Of a stretch of DNA of 64,000 nucleotides, positions 59,177 to 64,000 are shown piece after piece. The DNA is from Bacteroidota bacterium. GTDB lineage: Bacteria > Bacteroidota > Bacteroidia > Bacteroidales > JAAUTT01. Position 1 is the stretch's first letter; each line of letters begins with the position of its first letter. The DNA lies in NCBI GenBank assembly GCA_030706405.1, contig JAUZOO010000010.1, forward strand, positions 82,127-146,126, in the 5' to 3' direction. The notes under the pieces are model-generated. The model saw only the letters and a program-made list of their open reading frames with translations, was not told the DNA's origin and did not search any database. Made by a program: the position numbers and the translations under genes.

Positions 59177-60358
59177 ATGAAACATTCACCTGACGAAAGA
59201 GGTTTTTTCGGAAAGTTCGGCGGAGCTTACATCCCCGAAATGCTTCAGGCTAATATTGAAGAGCTGAGAGAAAACTATCTCCGGATAATGAACAGCGAAA
59301 ACTTTCAGCAACAGTTTCACAAACTGATGAAAGATTACGTGGGACGGCCTTCGCCCCTGTATTATGCTTCGCGTCTTTCGCAACATTACGGAACCAATAT
59401 TTACCTAAAACGAGAAGACCTGAACCATACCGGTTCGCATAAAGTTAACAACACCATCGGACAGATTTTGCTGGCCAAGGAACTGGGCAAGAGCCGCATC
59501 ATTGCCGAAACCGGCGCCGGGCAACATGGTGTGGCAACCGCTACCGTTTGTGCACTGATGGGCCTGCAATGTGTGGTTTACATGGGCGAAACCGATGTGA
59601 AACGTCAGATGCCCAATGTACTTCGCATGCAAATGCTTGGAGCTACCGTTGTACCTGCCATGAGCGGTAACCGTACCCTCAAGGATGCCGGTAACGAAGC
59701 GCTTCGCGATTGGATCAGCAACCCGGTTGACACCTATTACCTGATAGGTTCGGTGGTTGGCCCGCATCCGTTCCCCGACATGGTGGCGCGTTTCCAGTCC
59801 ATCATTTCCGAAGAGATACGTTGGCAGTTAAAAGAGCAGACCGGCAACGGACTGCCCGATTATGTGCTGGCTTGTATTGGCGGCGGAAGCAATGCTATGG
59901 GCGCTTTCTATCATTTTATTGAAGACCCTTCTGTTAAATTGGTGGCTGTTGAAGCGGCTGGTTTAGGCGTAGATTCCGGCGAAACTGCGGCATCCATTGC
60001 CAAGGGTACCGAGGGGGTTATTCAGGGAGCCCGTACCATGCTCATGCAAACCGACGATGGACAAATTATTGAGCCGTATTCCATTTCAGCTGGTCTCGAC
60101 TATCCCGGCATTGGCCCTGCACACGCCCATTTGCACGATATTGGACGCGAAATTGTGATTGACGCTACCGATAAGGAAGCGCTCGATGCGGCCTTTCAGC
60201 TTACCCGCCTCGAAGGCATTATCCCGGCACTCGAATCGGCTCACGCACTGGCCGGATTGGCTAAAATGAAGTTTAAATCCGACGATGTGGTGGTGGTCAA
60301 TATATCCGGCCGCGGCGACAAGGATATGGACACTTATATTAAGTATATGAGTAAATAG
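59177..60358 (+). CDS. trpB: Tryptophan synthase beta chain
   Basis: KREDLNHTGSHK, AETGAGQHG, GGGSN, SAGLDYPG, SGRGDKD. Confidence 0.98.
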   Translation: MKHSPDERGFFGKFGGAYIPEMLQANIEELRENYLRIMNSENFQQQFHKLMKDYVGRPSPLYYASRLSQHYGTNIYLKREDLNHTGSHKVNNTIGQILLAKELGKSRIIAETGAGQHGVATATVCALMGLQCVVYMGETDVKRQMPNVLRMQMLGATVVPAMSGNRTLKDAGNEALRDWISNPVDTYYLIGSVVGPHPFPDMVARFQSIISEEIRWQLKEQTGNGLPDYVLACIGGGSNAMGAFYHFIEDPSVKLVAVEAAGLGVDSGETAASIAKGTEGVIQGARTMLMQTDDGQIIEPYSISAGLDYPGIGPAHAHLHDIGREIVIDATDKEALDAAFQLTRLEGIIPALESAHALAGLAKMKFKSDDVVVVNISGRGDKDMDTYIKYMSK

Positions 60359-60413
60359 AACCAAGTATTAAGAACCTAGAGCAAGATTGCCTTGAATTTA
60401 AAAAAAGAAAACA

Positions 60414-61187
60414 ATGAACCGCATAGATACATTATTTCAGCAGAAGAAAAATAACGTCCTGTCCGTTTACTTTACGGCAGGACATCCGGAGCTGAACAGC
60501 ACGGCTTCTATTTTGGGCGAACTGGAAGCTTCGGGCGTGGAGATGGTCGAAATAGGGATGCCTTTTTCCGATCCTTTGGCCGATGGTCCGGTAATTCAGG
60601 ATAGCAGCTCTAAAGCATTAAAAAATGGGATGACCCTCAAACTGCTGTTCGACCAGTTAAAAGATATTCGCAAAGATGTTAAGATCCCGTTACTGCTCAT
60701 GGGGTATATTAACCCGGTGCTTCAGTACGGTGTCGAAAACTTTTGTAAGAAATGTCGCGAAACCGGCATCGATGGCGTAATACTTCCCGACCTTCCGATG
60801 GATATTTATGAAGAATCGTTCCGTAAATGTTTTGAGGACAACGGCGTTCACTTCATCTTTTTAATAACCCCGCAAACCAGCGACGAGCGCATCCGAATGA
60901 TCGACAGCATCAGCGGAGGATTTATCTACATGGTATCGTCGGCAGCAACAACCGGGGCGAAGAGCACCATTGCCGAAAAGCAGATCGAATATTTTAACCG
61001 GGTTAAAGCCCTTAACCTGAAAAATCCGTTGGTGATCGGTTTTGGCATCTCTAATCACGAGACTTTTGCCAGTGCCTGTCGGTATGCCAACGGCGCCATC
61101 ATTGGCAGTGCTTTTGTAAAAATGCTCGATAAAGCCACCGATATGAAATCGGATATCCGGAAATTTGTGAAGGAAGTTTTGGGATAA
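60414..61187 (+). CDS. trpA: Tryptophan synthase alpha chain
   Basis: EIGMPFSDPLADGPVIQ, MGYINP, PDLP, GFGIS, GSA. Confidence 0.98.
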   Translation: MNRIDTLFQQKKNNVLSVYFTAGHPELNSTASILGELEASGVEMVEIGMPFSDPLADGPVIQDSSSKALKNGMTLKLLFDQLKDIRKDVKIPLLLMGYINPVLQYGVENFCKKCRETGIDGVILPDLPMDIYEESFRKCFEDNGVHFIFLITPQTSDERIRMIDSISGGFIYMVSSAATTGAKSTIAEKQIEYFNRVKALNLKNPLVIGFGISNHETFASACRYANGAIIGSAFVKMLDKATDMKSDIRKFVKEVLG

Positions 61188-61266
61188 AAATGGCTGTTAA
61201 TACCCTCCTTTTTAATGAGGGGGTGGTTTCTTTATCAATTTGATACTATTTCAATAATCTTCTAAG

Positions 61267-61293
61267 TTCGGCGGAGGCTTTGTCTCCGCCGAA
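61267..61293. terminator. GC-rich hairpin between convergent trpA and DMT genes
   Basis: TTCGGCGGAGGC / GTCTCCGCCGAA. Confidence 0.7.
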
Positions 61294-61307
61294 ATATTTA
61301 TAGGCGG

Positions 61308-62246
61308 TTATATCCGGTATCCTTCCTTAATTTTTTTAAATGAAGGAAATGAAAATTGAAACGAAATGTTTTGGGTAACAATGTAAACTCCGGAGAACAC
61401 GAGCGCTACAGCAATTCCTTTCATAACCCCGAAAGTATCCATTCCCCAGATGAGGGAAAGCACCGAAGCTACTACCGGTTGAAGGTAATTGTACATACTC
61501 ACTTCGGTTGGGCGAAGGTTACGCTGACCTATCGGGATTAACAAATAACCCAGGAAAGTGCCGGCCAGCACGATAAAGGCAATGTCAAAATAAACAGGGG
61601 TTGGCAACAACGAATAATTAATTGTTGTGAGCTGATTGAACGATAGCGGCAAACAGAATAACGAAGCAAAGGTAAACATCCATTTCATCAGCGTTACCGG
61701 CGAATATTTACCGATAAGTCCCTTAAACCATACCAGATAAATGGTAAAGCTAAACTGTGCTAATAAGCAAAGAAGGTCGCCCCAAACACTGCTGGACCTT
61801 GAACCCGAATGATGCCCGCTTACAATTAACAGCAATGCCCCCGAAGCCCCAAAGGTTATACCGACAATCTTTTTCCATGTGATGGCTTCTTTAAGGTAGA
61901 AGGCTGAGACAATCATGGTGATGATCGGCAGAGTAGTGGTGATGATGGACGCATCGATGGGGGATGTGAGGGAAACTCCTTTAATGAACGATACCTGATT
62001 GAAAACAATGGCAAAGATTGATGCCAAGGCAAGCATTAACATGTCGCGGCGTTCAACGGACTCTCGTTTTACAAACAGCGAAGCAATCCAGAAGGTGATG
62101 GCTCCCCCGGTAATCCGGAAGGTGGTGAGCGCCAAAGGACTTACATCGCTGTTTAACAATACTGCTTTGGAAAGGGGCGACAGAAAACCCCACGCAAAAT
62201 TAGCCACCAGCATCGCTACGTGGCCTCGATATGTTTCTTTTTTCAT
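61308..62246 (-). CDS. DMT/EamA family transporter
   Basis: About 10 TM helices, duplicated EamA pattern, YNYLQPVVA. Confidence 0.9.
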   Translation of the reverse strand: MKKETYRGHVAMLVANFAWGFLSPLSKAVLLNSDVSPLALTTFRITGGAITFWIASLFVKRESVERRDMLMLALASIFAIVFNQVSFIKGVSLTSPIDASIITTTLPIITMIVSAFYLKEAITWKKIVGITFGASGALLLIVSGHHSGSRSSSVWGDLLCLLAQFSFTIYLVWFKGLIGKYSPVTLMKWMFTFASLFCLPLSFNQLTTINYSLLPTPVYFDIAFIVLAGTFLGYLLIPIGQRNLRPTEVSMYNYLQPVVASVLSLIWGMDTFGVMKGIAVALVFSGVYIVTQNISFQFSFPSFKKIKEGYRI

Positions 62247-62357
62247 TGCTAACTAAACTAAAACCGGCGCAAAAGTACAGCATTATATCTAACGGAAACC
62301 GGAAATATTTGTTCAATTTAGTTGTAGGGAATTGGCCTTTAGCTATTAGATATCTTT

Positions 62358-62392
62358 CTCCCTCCCCGAAAGGGGAGGGACGGGGTGGGGCT
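62358..62392 (+). repeat. REP-like C-run/G-run hairpin with G-tail
   Basis: CTCCCTCCCC-GAAA-GGGGAGGGA-CGGGGTGGGG. Confidence 0.7.
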
Positions 62393-63246
62393 TACTCTTC
62401 CGGCTCGTAATGAACCTGCACCTCGCAACGCGGCACCTTCTTACAAATTTCCCGCTCCACCATGTCCGATATGGCGTGTGCCTGCCGCAGACTGATTTCC
62501 GGGTCGAGGTGGATGGTGACGTTTACAAACGTGTCGGCACCGGAGTTGCGCACTTTTAAATCGTGAAAATATTTGACTTCGGGAATGTCGTTCAGTGTCG
62601 AAGCAATCTGGTTGATGAGGGATGCCGGAGCCCTGTCGAGTAGTACATCAACAGCACGGCGTCCGAGTTTATACGACACAAACAGCACGATAAGGGCCAC
62701 GCCAAGGGCAGCCACCGAGTCGGCAAAGTACCAACCAAAATTGGCACATACAAGTCCGAACAGAACAACGGTGGAACTCCAGATATCGGTCGAAAAATGC
62801 AGAGCATCGGCCTCTAATGCCTGGCTGTTATGCTTTATGGCAACTTTGTACAGTGCCCGCGAGCGTGTAAAATCGACTACAATGGATGTGACAACCACCA
62901 CATAACTCCAAACTGACACTTCAATATGGGTATGCCCGGAGGTAAGGCGGCCAATGGCTTCGGAGATAATCCACACGCAGGTTATGAGCAACAGGATGGT
63001 TTCGACCAGTGCCGAGAAATTCTCGATTTTCCCGTGTCCGAAATTATGGTCGCTGTCAGCCGGTTTATCGGATATGCGTACCGAGAAATAGGTGATAACC
63101 GCCGCCACCAGGTCGAGACCGGAATGCAGCGCTTCGGCCAGAATACCCAAACTGCTCGTCAACAGTCCAATGATGAGTTTAAAGCTGGTTAGAAATATGG
63201 CTGCCAGCACCGAAAAACCGGCAACTTTTCTCTTTTCTTTCGACAT
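62392..63246 (-). CDS. Cation diffusion facilitator (FieF-like)
   Basis: EALHSGLD, DHNFGHGKIE, ADALHFSTD, AHAISD, VHYEP. Confidence 0.93.
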   Translation of the reverse strand: MSKEKRKVAGFSVLAAIFLTSFKLIIGLLTSSLGILAEALHSGLDLVAAVITYFSVRISDKPADSDHNFGHGKIENFSALVETILLLITCVWIISEAIGRLTSGHTHIEVSVWSYVVVVTSIVVDFTRSRALYKVAIKHNSQALEADALHFSTDIWSSTVVLFGLVCANFGWYFADSVAALGVALIVLFVSYKLGRRAVDVLLDRAPASLINQIASTLNDIPEVKYFHDLKVRNSGADTFVNVTIHLDPEISLRQAHAISDMVEREICKKVPRCEVQVHYEPEE

Positions 63247-63283
63247 GAATTTGTGAATTTAAAGATTCAAAGATTCCGTATTT

Positions 63284-63381
63284 AACCTCCCCAACCCCTC
63301 CTTGAAAAGGAGGGGATTCTCCCCTTCTCAAGGGGAGACGCAGAGGGGTTTTAGAGTCCCCCTTGGGGGATTTAGGGGGCT
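63284..63381. repeat. Cluster of REP-like C-run/G-run hairpins
   Basis: CCCCTCCTT-GAA-AAGGAGGGG, TCTCCCCTT-CTC-AAGGGGAGA and a copy of the 14234 element. Confidence 0.78.
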
Positions 63382-63385
63382 GGTA

Positions 63386-63874
63386 TTAAATCGCCAGTTT
63401 ATTAATGCTCCCCTCGTGTTCCAACAGCCATTGTTTACGCCAGAGCCCACCGGCATAACCCGTCAGGTCGCCATTGTTTCCAACCACGCGGTGGCAGGGA
63501 ATGATAATCCAGAGCGGGTTGCGTCCGTTGGCTGTACCCACAGCCCGTACCGAAAGCTTTGAGCCAAGACGTATCGCCAACTGAAGGTACGAAATAGTGG
63601 TTCCGTAAGGTATTTTTAAAAGTTCCTCCCAAACTTTATGCTGGAAGCCCGTTCCTTCAAAATCCAGCGGCAGATCAAACTGTTTTCGCTGTTTGGCAAA
63701 GTATTCCGTGAGTTGACGCTTGGCCTCGGCAACAAGCGGATTATCTTCAGATTGGCCGGGAATATCGGCAGTTTCCTCCAGAATGGTTACAGACACTAAC
63801 CCCTTATTAGAAGCATTAATTTCGACATTTCCGAGAGGGCTTTGAAGATATCCGGTATAAATAGAATCGGTCAT
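63386..63874 (-). CDS. ogt: Methylated-DNA--protein-cysteine methyltransferase
   Basis: GTGFQHKVW, IPYG, RAVGTANGRNP, PCHRV, GYAGG. Confidence 0.95.
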   Translation of the reverse strand: MTDSIYTGYLQSPLGNVEINASNKGLVSVTILEETADIPGQSEDNPLVAEAKRQLTEYFAKQRKQFDLPLDFEGTGFQHKVWEELLKIPYGTTISYLQLAIRLGSKLSVRAVGTANGRNPLWIIIPCHRVVGNNGDLTGYAGGLWRKQWLLEHEGSINKLAI

Positions 63875-64000
63875 AGGAATCGGGGATTTTGTGTATAATT
63901 ACAAAATGTTTGAGGCTCGGGAGCTTTTTAATGAAGGTATTAATGTAGTATTTTCGTCCCAATAATAAACAATAATCAATCATAAATAATCAATTATCCA

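Noticed and set aside
63302-63562. 86-aa ORF starting in the G/C hairpins
   Set aside because: Translation of REP-like repeats plus antisense ogt.

Overview
Chromosomal window from a Bacteroidota bacterium, probably Bacteroidales/Marinilabiliales-like (TAnnTTTG promoters, A-rich translation starts without Shine-Dalgarno, TonB-dependent receptors). No integrase, transposase, phage or cas gene was recognised. Left to right: end of a queE-queD-queF cluster; a minus-strand cluster (Hpt, single-domain receiver, TPR/YaiO-type barrel, LTA-synthase-family transferase, membrane HEAT-repeat protein, processive GT2, second Hpt) that looks like a phosphorelay-controlled, synthase-dependent exopolysaccharide system; a LacI-regulated L-galactose/L-fucose-type oxidative operon; an orphan DUF4130 gene; a TonB-dependent receptor; a YtrA-type GntR/ABC operon; a candidate sRNA; uppP; a second TonB receptor; a PL1 pectate lyase; an OprB/MnoP-like porin divergent from a czcCBA-like pump and two-component system; clpX-clpP-tig and tRNA-Leu(TAG); an unexplained array of eight quasi-palindromes at an exact 42-bp period; lptB, tatC, recQ, transporters, rplU-rpmA, serS; a full trpEGDCFBA operon with a WWW leader-peptide attenuator; and DMT, CDF and ogt genes. 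Many intergenic gaps hold 7/8-bp tandem arrays or C-run/G-run REP-like hairpins. The best novelty candidates are the exopolysaccharide/phosphorelay cluster (1177-9144), the 42-bp array (41924-42235) and the candidate sRNA pair (22011-22165, 43841-43916). All product calls are from motif recognition by eye; no database search was run.
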